64,000 nucleotides of DNA, from assembly GCA_963785725.1 (NCBI GenBank), contig CAWAWS010000039.1:416001-480000 (forward strand), in the 5' to 3' direction. The notes beneath the pieces are model-generated. The model was not told where the DNA came from and searched no databases. It was given only the letters and a program-made list of their open reading frames with translations. A program made the translations under genes and the position numbers. Source of the DNA: an uncultured delta proteobacterium (GTDB taxonomy: Bacteria; Myxococcota_A; Polyangia; Palsa-1104). Of the stretch, positions 1-9,357 are shown one piece after another; position 1 is the stretch's first letter; every line of letters starts with the position of its first letter.

Positions 1-1113
1 TTCCTGGACGCGATCCGCGCCACCATCGAAACCTGCGTGGCGCTGCTGACGGCGCAAGCGACGATCGATCATTCGCTCAAGCGTTCGGCGCAGGTCGAGC
101 AGAACCTGAAGGTCGAGAAGCGACGCCTGCAGCAGCTGTTGGCGGCGGTGCACGTCGCGACCGGCGACTATGTCGACGGCTCGAGCCGGCTTCGCGCCGT
201 CGCCAACGAAGTAGCGGCGACGGCGACGGCGGCCATGGATCGCACGTTCGCCGACCTCGACCGCTTGTGGGCCACCGAGCTGAGCTCGGCCAGCGGCGTC
301 ATCGACGAGGCCGGCGCCGCCGCGCTGCGCGCGCTCGAGCAGCTGCTGTTGCAGCATATTCCGCCGCAAACCGGCGTGTCCTGGCACCTCGCGGCCAACG
401 CCAACGAAGACGGCTACGACGCCGACGCGCGCCTCGAGACGCGCGTTGGCCTCGACGCACACCTGACGCTGACGATCCCCGCGGCGCACGGCTGGGCGCG
501 CGTCCGTCGCGTCGTCGACGTCGCGCCGGCGACGACCGTGCTCTTGCCGCGTCCGCTCGGCCGCCGTCAGCGCGAAGGCCTGCAAGCCGTGTCGCTCGAT
601 CGCCTCTTCGTCAGCGACGTGCAGATCGCGCCCGCGCGCATCATGCTCGTCGTCCGCCAAAAGCCGCGCAGCGGCAGCGGTTGGCGCTTCGCCGTCGCCA
701 GCGAAGACGGCCGCACCTTCAGCCAGCCCATCGACGACGCCGGCCGCCCCTGCGGCGACGAGAACGACCTCGCCGACGAGCGCGAGCCCATCTTGCGCCT
801 CGCCAGCGCCGTCCTCGACGGCACGTTCGACCTCGCGCTGCGCCGCGAACGACTGACCGCCGCCACGCTCGACGGCCATCCGCTCGACAAGCGCCACGAG
901 CCGCGCGAGGTCTGCGCCCGCCTCATCAGCGGCTACGCGCCCGTCGTGGCCGAGATCGCGCGCCGCTCGCATCCGACGACCGAGCTCACGCTGCGCAAGA
1001 ACCTCGGCGGCGGCCGCCGCGAGGCGATGTTCATCCGGCGCGCCGAGCTGCTCGACCGAATCGCCCGCGTCCCGCCCTCGCTGCGCGCGCTCTTCGACCC
1101 GCTCGGCCTCTAA
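1..1113 (+). CDS. Hypothetical protein, 5'-truncated by window edge; paralog of 15581-16984
   Basis: Frame is open from base 1 (FLDAIRATIETCVALL...). C-terminus PVVAEIARRS..ELTLRK..GGRRE..F..LFDPLGL aligns by eye with the 15581-16984 protein. Confidence 0.75.
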   Translation, partial: FLDAIRATIETCVALLTAQATIDHSLKRSAQVEQNLKVEKRRLQQLLAAVHVATGDYVDGSSRLRAVANEVAATATAAMDRTFADLDRLWATELSSASGVIDEAGAAALRALEQLLLQHIPPQTGVSWHLAANANEDGYDADARLETRVGLDAHLTLTIPAAHGWARVRRVVDVAPATTVLLPRPLGRRQREGLQAVSLDRLFVSDVQIAPARIMLVVRQKPRSGSGWRFAVASEDGRTFSQPIDDAGRPCGDENDLADEREPILRLASAVLDGTFDLALRRERLTAATLDGHPLDKRHEPREVCARLISGYAPVVAEIARRSHPTTELTLRKNLGGGRREAMFIRRAELLDRIARVPPSLRALFDPLGL

Positions 1114-1271
1114 TGATGACAGCGAACATCATTAAAGATCAACGCCGCACCGAATCAGCGCGCGTCGATCGATTCAGGCGATCAGCGGATGGGTAATGGT
1201 GAGAATCCGTAGCAGCGGCGCGATATTTTGCGCGCTTGGTAGCGGTGGGGGCGCGTCCGTCTTACGCGGCG

Positions 1272-2360
1272 CTAATAATGATCGCCGGGCTTGGTCGTGC
1301 CGAACGCCGGGATCATCTCCGACTTCTCGCCGTTGATGGTCGTGCCGCCCGCGTGAATCATCCCCGCCATCGTCAAGAACGGCGCCGGGAAGTTCAGCGT
1401 CGGCGTCGTCAGCTTGTCGAGCTCCGCCGCCTGCTCCGCCGTCAGCTTCACTTCCAGCGCCTGCACGTTGTCATTGAGGTGCGCCAGCGTGCGCGCGCCG
1501 ATGATCGTCGACGACACGCCGGGCCGATTTTGCACCCACGCCAGCGCCACGCGCGCCACCGTCGTGTCGAGCTGCCCCGCGATACGCTGGAGCGCGTCGA
1601 TGACACCGTAAGCCGTCTCCCCGAGAAAACCCGCCGCCCACTGGCGCGCGTCCGGCCGCACCGTCGCCGCGTTCTGCCGCGTGTACTTGCCGCTCAAGAC
1701 GCCGCTCTTCAACGGCGACCACGGCGTCACGCCCATGCCGAGCTCCAGCGCCATCGGAATCAGCTCGCCTTCGACGGTGCGCTCGAGCAGCGAATACTCG
1801 ATCTGCAGCCCGACGAACGGCGCCCAGCCGCGAAACTGCGCGATCAGCTGCGCCTGCGTCGTCTTCCAGGCCGGCGTATCGGAGACGCCGAGATAGCGGA
1901 CTTTGCCCGCCTGCACGAGATCCTGCAGCGTCCGCATCGTCTCTTCGATGGGCGTGTGCTTGTCCCAGTTATGCAGCCAATACAGATCGATGTAATCCGT
2001 CTGCAGCCGGCGCAGCGACTCGTCGCAGGCCGCAATGATCGACTTGCGGCTCGAGCCGCCGCCGTTGGGATCGCCCGGCTCCAAATTGGCGCTGAACTTG
2101 GTGGCGATGACGAGCCGATCGCGCCGCTGCTTGTGCCGGCCGATATGGTCGCCGATGATCTTCTCGGAGTGGCCTTTGGTGTACAAATTGGCGGTGTCGA
2201 TGAAGTTGCCGCCCAGCTCGACGTAACGATCGAGGATCTTCTCCGACTCGGCGACGCTCGACCCCCAGCCCAAGTCTTCGCCGAACGTCATGGCGCCCAA
2301 GCAGAACGGGCTCACGCGCAAACCGGAGCGGCCGAGTGTCACATAATGATCGAGAGGCAT
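1272..2360 (-). CDS. Aldo/keto reductase
   Basis: LGRSGLRVSPFCLGAMTFG, FIDTANLY, IATKF, SLRRLQTDYIDLYWLH, PWSPL; SD GGACAGG/AGGAGG upstream. Confidence 0.95.
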   Translation of the reverse strand: MPLDHYVTLGRSGLRVSPFCLGAMTFGEDLGWGSSVAESEKILDRYVELGGNFIDTANLYTKGHSEKIIGDHIGRHKQRRDRLVIATKFSANLEPGDPNGGGSSRKSIIAACDESLRRLQTDYIDLYWLHNWDKHTPIEETMRTLQDLVQAGKVRYLGVSDTPAWKTTQAQLIAQFRGWAPFVGLQIEYSLLERTVEGELIPMALELGMGVTPWSPLKSGVLSGKYTRQNAATVRPDARQWAAGFLGETAYGVIDALQRIAGQLDTTVARVALAWVQNRPGVSSTIIGARTLAHLNDNVQALEVKLTAEQAAELDKLTTPTLNFPAPFLTMAGMIHAGGTTINGEKSEMIPAFGTTKPGDHY

Positions 2361-2444
2361 CCTGTCCTCCTGTCACCGCCAGTCGTCTGGCGGCGGCGGT
2401 TGTGGTAAGGTTTCATTCCGCGGCTGTATTGTTCCACCGCGGAA

Positions 2445-2478
2445 TAGTTCAATGTGGAACTAGTTTAACGTTGAACTA
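2445..2478. promoter_or_regulatory. Two abutting 18-bp palindromic operators, likely MarR sites
   Basis: TAGTTCAATGTGGAACTA (2445-2462) and TAGTTTAACGTTGAACTA (2461-2478) in the AT-rich gap between divergent AKR and MarR genes. Confidence 0.65.
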
Positions 2479-2522
2479 TCTCCTGTCAACGGATCATCGA
2501 CCATCGAGGATCGAAGTCACGA

Positions 2523-2930
2523 ATGCGTAAGGTTTCGCCCTGGACTTTGTGGACGCTCAATTTTCAGGTCATGACGGCGCTCATGAACGACGTGGGTCCG
2601 CGGCTGCGCGGGCTGCACATGGAGATGAAGGAGTTCCTGCTCCTCACCGAGCTCGACGCCCATCCCAATCCGGCCGATCTGGCGCGCGCCTTGTTGACGC
2701 CGAAGCCGACGGTGACGTTCATGGTCAAGCGCATGGAGGCGGCCGGCTACATCAAGCGCGAGATGCAGACCGACGATCTGCGCCGCTTTCATTTGACGCT
2801 GACCCCGTCGGGCCGGCGCGCGATGGAGCGCGCGCGCGAAATCTTCGACGAGGAGTTCGGCCAGCGCCTCGCGCGCCTGACGCAATCCCAGCGCCTCGAG
2901 CTCCTCCGCATCTTCGAACGCATGGTCTGA
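2523..2930 (+). CDS. MarR family transcriptional regulator
   Basis: 135 aa wHTH: LARALLTPKPTVTFMVKRME..GYIKRE...DLRRFHLTLTPSGR. Confidence 0.9.
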   Translation: MRKVSPWTLWTLNFQVMTALMNDVGPRLRGLHMEMKEFLLLTELDAHPNPADLARALLTPKPTVTFMVKRMEAAGYIKREMQTDDLRRFHLTLTPSGRRAMERAREIFDEEFGQRLARLTQSQRLELLRIFERMV

Positions 2931-3122
2931 TTCGCGCTCGGCGCGCCGGCCACGTTCTCGGCAGCGTCATCGCCGCCGGCAACTGCTTAGCGACTCTTAT
3001 CGTGTCATTTAGCGGCTTAGCGGGGTCGTTCGTTGAATTCTAACGCAGGGCGTAACCGCCGCGCATTCACGCGATTGGCGATCGTCGATCGCGATGTGCT
3101 AGGGTCCGCGCGGAGGTGCGAT

Positions 3123-3701
3123 ATGCGCGTTCCAGCTCTAGTTATCGCAATGTTGCTCGCCAACGGCGCCGCTCTTGCCAAGGGCGGCAAGGGTGACGGC
3201 AAGCCAACCACGATAGAAGGCGCGCTCGCCGACGCCGAATCGGCGCTCGAGGCCGGCCGCCTCGGCGACGCCATGAGCGAGTCCGAGAAGCTGCAAAAGA
3301 CGCACGGGCTGACCAAGGAAGAGCGCAGCCGGCTCGATCTCGTCATCGCGCGCTGCGATCTGTTCACCGGCAAATATGACGCGTCGGAGAAGCTGTTCGC
3401 GCGCATGACGAAGCAGTCGCCCGACGATACGCGGCTGACCGAGTGGTACGCGCGCGCTCTCGACGGCGCCGGCAAGGAAGACGCGGCGTTTTCGCTGTTG
3501 AACACGCTGGCGCAGAAGGACGCGCTGCAAGACGGCGACAGCTATTGGGCGCTGGCGCAGCTCGAGCGCAAGAAGGGCGACGAGACGAACGCCCGCGCGC
3601 ACGCGAAGCTGGCGCTGGAAAAGCCCATCGTTTTGCAGTCGGACGAGCTCGATCACGCGATTCACAAGTTCATTGACGATCTGACGCCCAAGGCAAAGTG
3701 A
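3123..3701 (+). CDS. Secreted TPR-like protein
   Basis: Signal peptide MRVPALVIAMLLANGAALA, then helical TPR-like repeats. Confidence 0.7.
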   Translation: MRVPALVIAMLLANGAALAKGGKGDGKPTTIEGALADAESALEAGRLGDAMSESEKLQKTHGLTKEERSRLDLVIARCDLFTGKYDASEKLFARMTKQSPDDTRLTEWYARALDGAGKEDAAFSLLNTLAQKDALQDGDSYWALAQLERKKGDETNARAHAKLALEKPIVLQSDELDHAIHKFIDDLTPKAK

Positions 3702-3707
3702 GAATTG

Positions 3708-4535
3708 ATGATGAAGATGCTTCGTAGCCCGCTGGCGCTATCGCTGTTGCTCGCGACCGCCTCGGTCGCGCACGCCGAAGGCGGTAAGAGCCAGCTGACC
3801 TGGTACGGCCACGCGGCGTTCAAGCTGGTGACGCCGGCCGGCAAGGTGCTGTTCATCGATCCGTGGATCTCGAATCCGTCGAATCCCACAGGCGCCAAAG
3901 ACGTCGCGGCCATCGACAAGGCCGACCTCATCCTCGTCACGCACGGCCACAGCGATCACGTCGGTGACGCCGTCGCCATCGCCAAGAAGACGAAGGCGCA
4001 GCTCGTCGCCAGCTTCGATCTCGGCAACGCCATCGTCCACGACGCCGGCTTTCCGGCCGCGCAGTTCTCGATGATGACGGGCGGCAACGCCGGCGGCGAG
4101 ATCTCGGTGCTCGACGGCGAAGTCAGCATCGCGTTCATCCCGGCGATCCATTCGTCGACGGTGGAATCGGGCGCGGGCACGCCGCAGGCGAAGTCGAATT
4201 ACGGCGGCGCGGCCGGCGGCTTCCTCATCACCGTCAAGAACGGCCCGTCGATCTATCACACCGGCGACACCGATCTATTCGGCGACATGGCGCTCATCTC
4301 GAAGTTCCACAAGGTCAATTACATGTTGGCGTGCATCGGCGGCCACTTCACGATGGGCCCCGACCGCGCGGCCGAAGCGGCCAAGCTCGTCGGCGCGACG
4401 ACCATCATCCCGATGCACTTCGGCACGTTCCCGGTGTTGACCGGCACGCCCGACGCGCTCGGCAAGGCGCTCAAGGCGACGCACGCCAAGACGCAGCTGC
4501 ACGCCATGAAGATCGGCGAAACCATCACGTTGTAA
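3708..4535 (+). CDS. Exported metal-dependent hydrolase, metallo-beta-lactamase fold (UPF0173-like)
   Basis: Signal peptide; [32 protein letters not shown]. Confidence 0.9.
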   Translation: MMKMLRSPLALSLLLATASVAHAEGGKSQLTWYGHAAFKLVTPAGKVLFIDPWISNPSNPTGAKDVAAIDKADLILVTHGHSDHVGDAVAIAKKTKAQLVASFDLGNAIVHDAGFPAAQFSMMTGGNAGGEISVLDGEVSIAFIPAIHSSTVESGAGTPQAKSNYGGAAGGFLITVKNGPSIYHTGDTDLFGDMALISKFHKVNYMLACIGGHFTMGPDRAAEAAKLVGATTIIPMHFGTFPVLTGTPDALGKALKATHAKTQLHAMKIGETITL

Positions 4536-4733
4536 ACGGCCGTTTACTTGCAGTACCGCGCGCGAGAATCGGCGCGCACGTCCGATCCCCGCCAGTCTGC
4601 CCGCTCAATAAACGCCACCGCCGCCCAACGCCGAATGCCTCGATGGGCGGCGTTCACACATAATCGCGACGGCGGCGGGGAATAAAGGCAATCCTCAGTC
4701 CCACGCGTTCATTCGCGCCTCGTTGAATGACCT

Positions 4734-5366
4734 TCACTCGCGGAATTGGACGGGGCCGGCGTAGCTGCCGAGGCGCGCGTCGAGGTGGGCGCGGACGCGG
4801 GGCCAGTCGTCGACGATGACGGAATAGATGGCGCTGTCGCGCCAGCCGCCGTCGGCGCGCGGGATGTCGCGGCGCGAGATGCCCTCGAAGGTCGCGCCGA
4901 TACCGGCGATGGCGGCGCGCGAGCGCTCGTTGCGCACGTCGGCTTGGATCTTGACGCGTCCGAAGCCGTGATCGAAGGCTAGGCCGAGTAGGAGGCGCTT
5001 GGCTTCGGCGTTGACGGCGGTTCCCCAGACGCGCGGATCGTAGGCGGTCCAGCCGATGTGTGTGGCCTCGAGCGGCAGATTGAAGTCGGAGAGCGTGGTC
5101 GTGCCGACGAGGCGGCCGTCGTGCGCGCCGCCGACGAGCGTGACGCCGTAGACGTTGCCGTGGGCCCAGTCGAAGTAGCCTTCGGCCCAGGCGATGAAGT
5201 CGCGCACGTTGTCGCGATAGCCGGCCGCGCCGCCGCCGAAGCCGCCGGCGAAGACACGCGGCTGGCCGATGGCGGCGTGCAGCGCGGGCAGCTGCGCCGG
5301 CTGCAGCGGCGCCAGTCGGATGAAGCGGCCGTCGAGCGGCGTGAGCGCGGGGCGAGTCGCAGGCAT
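4734..5366 (-). CDS. GNAT N-acetyltransferase, RimJ/RimL-like
   Basis: IGWTAYDPRVWGTAVNAEAK..LL, NERSRAAI..IGATFEG, RDSAIYSVI..DWP; ATG at 5366 preferred over the repeat-derived upstream extension. Confidence 0.85.
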   Translation of the reverse strand: MPATRPALTPLDGRFIRLAPLQPAQLPALHAAIGQPRVFAGGFGGGAAGYRDNVRDFIAWAEGYFDWAHGNVYGVTLVGGAHDGRLVGTTTLSDFNLPLEATHIGWTAYDPRVWGTAVNAEAKRLLLGLAFDHGFGRVKIQADVRNERSRAAIAGIGATFEGISRRDIPRADGGWRDSAIYSVIVDDWPRVRAHLDARLGSYAGPVQFRE

Positions 5367-5479
5367 GACGTCAGTCTGGCAGCGCGGCGACCGCGCGTGA
5401 AGATCCAGCCCGGCGACCGCCGGCGCAATTCTGGCCTGCCGCCGCAAGCTGCCTCGCCGCATGCCGCTCGTGCGCCTTC

Positions 5480-5560
5480 GTCCTTGCGCGCGTCCTCGCC
5501 TCGTTCGCGTGCGCGTCCTCGCCTCGTTTGCGTGCGCGTCCTCGCCCTCGTTCGCGTCAG
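5480..5560. repeat. Intergenic 23-24 bp tandem repeat, about 3 copies
   Basis: GCGTCCTCGCCTCGTTYGCGTGC repeated. Confidence 0.7.
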
Positions 5561-5638
5561 CTGAGTCGATGATGATCATCGTCATCGTTGGTCATGTGTC
5601 TAACACCGGTAGTCAATAATGATTTCTGTCATCATTGG

Positions 5639-7132
5639 CTATGGCGTTTGGCGCGGAGGTGCATTGAAGACGCGGAGCAGCTGCATTTCGGGCGCGGCGC
5701 GCAGATGTGCGGCCGCGAATTCTGCGGCGTCGGCGCCGAGGAAGCGGCCGTCGGGGGCGCGCTCGACCCAGTCGACGTTGCCGAGCAGCCAGCCGCCGTA
5801 CTCGTGGCGGCGCCAGGCGGCGAAGGCGGCGTTGTTGACGACGCAGTCGAGGTTGACGATGGTGACGTCGGGGCGCCCGTAGCCGGCGAAGTAGCCGGCG
5901 GCGCCGGCGTTCTCGAGGCCGACGCGGCTGCCGGGCGGCAGGCGTGCGACGTCGGCCAAGAGCGCGGCTTGGGTCAGCTCGGCGCCGTGGCGACGAAAGG
6001 GCCCGCGCGCGCCGAAGCGCACGAGGGCGACGCCGCCGGCGATCGCCGCCAGCGCGATGACGACGCGCCACGCCGTCGGCGAACGCGCGCGCTCGCCGCA
6101 AAAGAGGGCGACGCCGAGCGCTAACGGCAGCGCGTACCAGGTGTAATACGCGCGGTAATACCAGGCGTAGACCGCGAGCTGCAGGGCGCAGTAAGCGTAC
6201 AGCGGCCAGAGCGCGCGCGGCGACGGCCGGCCGCGGCCCGCCCGCGCGGCGACGACGAGCTGCGCGGCGGTCGCGGCCAAGAGGACGCCGGTGTAGCGTT
6301 TGGGGTGCCATTCTTCGCCGCTGACCCAGCCGGCGGCGATGATGAGCGAGTGGCCGACGTTGCGCGCGGCGACCGCCAAGCCGCGCACGGGTGGCAGCCG
6401 GCCGTACAGATTGATGGCGCGCTTGGCGGCGCCGCTGACTTGCACGATCGTGCCGCAGCGAACGGCGCTCCAGACGAGCCAGGGCGTGACCGCGGCGAGG
6501 GCGACGGCGGCGAAGATCGCCGTCTTGCGCCAGGAGCGGCCAGTAATGATGACAAATATCATCATAGAGGCGCCGAAGAGGACGTGGTCGGTGCGGGCGA
6601 GGCCGGTGGCGCCGGTGGCGAGGCCGAGCCACGCGGCCGCCGCCGGCGATGGGCGGCGCGCGTAGACGCAGGCGGCCCAAGTCGCGAGCGCCAGCGTCAA
6701 CGCCGAGAAGGCCGCCTCGCAGCCGCGCAGCGGGATGAGCAGCGTAAACGGCGATAGCAGGAAGAGGACGGCCGCGCGCTCGCCGGCGGCGTCGTCGGAC
6801 AGCGCGCGACCGACGGCGGCGGCGACGAGCGCCGTCGCCGCCGTGGCCGCGACGAGCACGAGCAGCGCCGCGTGGATCGGGCGCCATGGGTCGTCGCCGT
6901 AGAGGCGCCAGATGGGCACGCACAGCCAGGCCCACAGCGGGTGGAAGCCGTTGGTGGCGTGCTGGCCGTCGAAGGTGAAGCCGTGGCCGGCGGCGGCGTG
7001 GCGCGCGATTTGGAAGTAGTAGAAGGCGTCGTCGCAGAGCAGGCTGTCGTCGGCGCCGCCGGCGAGCACGAACGCGCCGGCGACGGCCGCGTAGACGGCG
7101 GCATAGGCGAGCACGCGGGCGCGAGCGGACAC
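5639..7132 (-). CDS. Polytopic membrane protein, probable GT-C-fold glycosyltransferase
   Basis: First-loop motif DDAFYYFQIAR...TNGFHPLW, LARTD motif, many TM segments. Confidence 0.65.
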   Translation of the reverse strand: MSARARVLAYAAVYAAVAGAFVLAGGADDSLLCDDAFYYFQIARHAAAGHGFTFDGQHATNGFHPLWAWLCVPIWRLYGDDPWRPIHAALLVLVAATAATALVAAAVGRALSDDAAGERAAVLFLLSPFTLLIPLRGCEAAFSALTLALATWAACVYARRPSPAAAAWLGLATGATGLARTDHVLFGASMMIFVIITGRSWRKTAIFAAVALAAVTPWLVWSAVRCGTIVQVSGAAKRAINLYGRLPPVRGLAVAARNVGHSLIIAAGWVSGEEWHPKRYTGVLLAATAAQLVVAARAGRGRPSPRALWPLYAYCALQLAVYAWYYRAYYTWYALPLALGVALFCGERARSPTAWRVVIALAAIAGGVALVRFGARGPFRRHGAELTQAALLADVARLPPGSRVGLENAGAAGYFAGYGRPDVTIVNLDCVVNNAAFAAWRRHEYGGWLLGNVDWVERAPDGRFLGADAAEFAAAHLRAAPEMQLLRVFNAPPRQTP

Positions 7133-7326
7133 GGCGGCAGCTTAACGCAGCCGCCGGCGCGGCGTGCGGCTGCGGCGACGGGAATTCGTGCGCGGCGGCG
7201 CCGATTCGCTGGCGACGGCCACTCGCCCGCGCGTCGAGCGAGCACAGCCATCGTCCACACCTGCAGCCATCATCACAGAGGACGGCCGTCCCGGTTCTTG
7301 CACGAATGAACCGACAGGAGGCCGCG

Positions 7327-8943
7327 ATGCCGAAGAACGCCGAGACGAAGCTCTTTTCACCGGTACAGGTCGGTCCGATGACGCTGCAGCACCGCGTGGT
7401 CATGGCGCCGCTCACTCGCTCGCGCGCCGAGCAGCCGGGCGACATACCGGGAAACCTGATGCTCGAGTACTACGCGCAGCGCGCATCGCCGGGCGGCCTC
7501 ATCGTGACCGAGGCGACGACGATCTCCATCTCCGGTCGCGGCTGGCTCGGCGCACCGGGGCTTCATTCCGACGAGCAGGTCGCCGGCTGGAAGCGCATCA
7601 CGACGGCCGTGCAGGCCAAGGGCGGCCACCTCTTTTCGCAGCTGTGGCACATGGGCCGTTCGTCGCACAGCGACATGACCGAGGGCGCGATGCCGGTGGC
7701 GCCCTCCGTCGTGCCGGCCTATTGGCTCGAAGCGCAGCCCAGCATCTCCACGCCCAGCGGTTGGGTCAAGCCGTCGCCGCATCGCGCGCTCGACATTCAC
7801 GAGATCCCGGGCATCGTCGCGGACTATCGCCGCGCGGCCGAGCGCGCCAAGGCCGCCGGCTTCGACGGCGTCGAGCTGCACGGCGCCAACGGCTATCTGC
7901 TCGATCAATTCCTGCAAAGCGGCAGCAACCAGCGGACCGACAAATATGGCGGCTCGATCGAGAATCGCTCGCGCTTCTTGCTCGAAGTCGTCGCCGCGCT
8001 GGTGTCGGTGTGGGGCGGCAACCGCGTCGGCGTGCGCATCGGGCCGGGCGGAACCTGGAACGCGATGTCGGACAGCAATCCGACCGCGCTCTTCAATTAC
8101 GTCGCGGCTGAGCTCAATCGCTTCGAGCTCGCTTATCTCCACATCATCGAGCCGCGCGTCAAAGGTAATGTCGTCATCGCCGAGGGAATGGCGCCGACGG
8201 CGGCGGCGCAGCTGCGCAAGATCTTCAAGGGCAAGATCATCGCCGCCGGCGGATTCGAGCCCGATAGCGCCAAACAGATCGTCGATCAAGGCGACGCCGA
8301 TCTGGTCGCATTCGGGCGCCACTTCGTCGCCAATCCCGATCTGCCGAAGCGTATCGAGCGCGGGCTGCCGCTCAATGCTTACGATCGCGCGACATTTTAT
8401 ACATTCGATTATCACGGTTATACCGACTATCCGTTTTATGATCGGCTGCAGAATTGCCTCGTGTCGGATCCGTTCTGTCCGCAGCTCGCCAATTCGCCTT
8501 TTCATTTCGACAGTCAGATGCAGGCGCGTTTGGCGCAGTCTTCGGCGGCGCAATGCGAGTCGCGCAACAAAGCGTTCGTGCTCGAAGCGTTCGACGCGCT
8601 GTTCAACCGGCGCGATTACGCGGCAGCGGAGCGATACTGGTCGCCCAACTATATCCAGCATAGCGCGCATATCGCGCCGGGAAGAGAAGGGCTGTTCAAT
8701 CTCGTCAAGAGCAGCCCGGCGACATTGAATTACGAGCCGGGCACGATCGTGGCCGATGGCGACTACGTGATGCTGCACGGGCGCTTCTCGGGAACCGGCC
8801 TGCCGGCGCCGTGGATCGTCGTCGACATTCTGCGCATCGCAGAGGGGCGGCTGGCCGAGCACTGGGACGTCATTCAAGACGAGGCCACGCGCGAGCAATC
8901 GAAGAGCGGACAGCCCATGTTCGGCAATCGCTTCCCTGCGTGA
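7327..8943 (+). CDS. Old Yellow Enzyme (NemA-like alkene reductase) with in-frame C-terminal SnoaL/NTF2-like domain
   Basis: MAPLTRSR, QLWHMGR, GFDGVELHGANGYLLDQF, NPDLPKR, YTDYP; then NKAFVLEAFDALFN..YIQHS..EHWDVIQ. SD AGGAGG at 7316-7321. Confidence 0.9.
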   Translation: MPKNAETKLFSPVQVGPMTLQHRVVMAPLTRSRAEQPGDIPGNLMLEYYAQRASPGGLIVTEATTISISGRGWLGAPGLHSDEQVAGWKRITTAVQAKGGHLFSQLWHMGRSSHSDMTEGAMPVAPSVVPAYWLEAQPSISTPSGWVKPSPHRALDIHEIPGIVADYRRAAERAKAAGFDGVELHGANGYLLDQFLQSGSNQRTDKYGGSIENRSRFLLEVVAALVSVWGGNRVGVRIGPGGTWNAMSDSNPTALFNYVAAELNRFELAYLHIIEPRVKGNVVIAEGMAPTAAAQLRKIFKGKIIAAGGFEPDSAKQIVDQGDADLVAFGRHFVANPDLPKRIERGLPLNAYDRATFYTFDYHGYTDYPFYDRLQNCLVSDPFCPQLANSPFHFDSQMQARLAQSSAAQCESRNKAFVLEAFDALFNRRDYAAAERYWSPNYIQHSAHIAPGREGLFNLVKSSPATLNYEPGTIVADGDYVMLHGRFSGTGLPAPWIVVDILRIAEGRLAEHWDVIQDEATREQSKSGQPMFGNRFPA

Positions 8944-9049
8944 ATGGGACAGGACGCGAGCGGCTCGCGCGGGTCGACACTTCGCGTAGGACTCTGACGA
9001 CCGCCGTTGTCGCTCGCTCGACCGGGCGGCGAGCACGTCGCCACTCGAG

Positions 9050-9230
9050 CCGCGCTCGGCGTCGACCCGGCCTCGCCGTTCGCGATGGTCGGCAAGACCC
9101 ATGCGGACATGTTTCCACCCGATCAGGCCAAGCTGCTCGACGCCGTGAAGACGCGCGGTCGCGCAACGGCTCGAGCGCGCCCAGGAGTGCCGCCGTTCGC
9201 CGCCACCGTGCGCTTGCCGCGCGTCGCCGC
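9050..9230 (+). pseudogene. Possible remnant of a PAS/histidine-kinase gene
   Basis: VGKTHADMFPPDQAKLL resembles a PAS segment and FAATVRLPR resembles an HATPase end; no complete gene. Confidence 0.25.
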
Positions 9231-9357
9231 CGCCGCCGCGCCGCTGCACGAGACGATGAGCCCGACCGCTCATTGGCGATCGGCCATTCCGCCGCGCGAC
9301 GGCGACTACGATTCAGCAGCTGGCGTCAGTCGATGGTGCGCCGCGCGGCCGTGTCAT

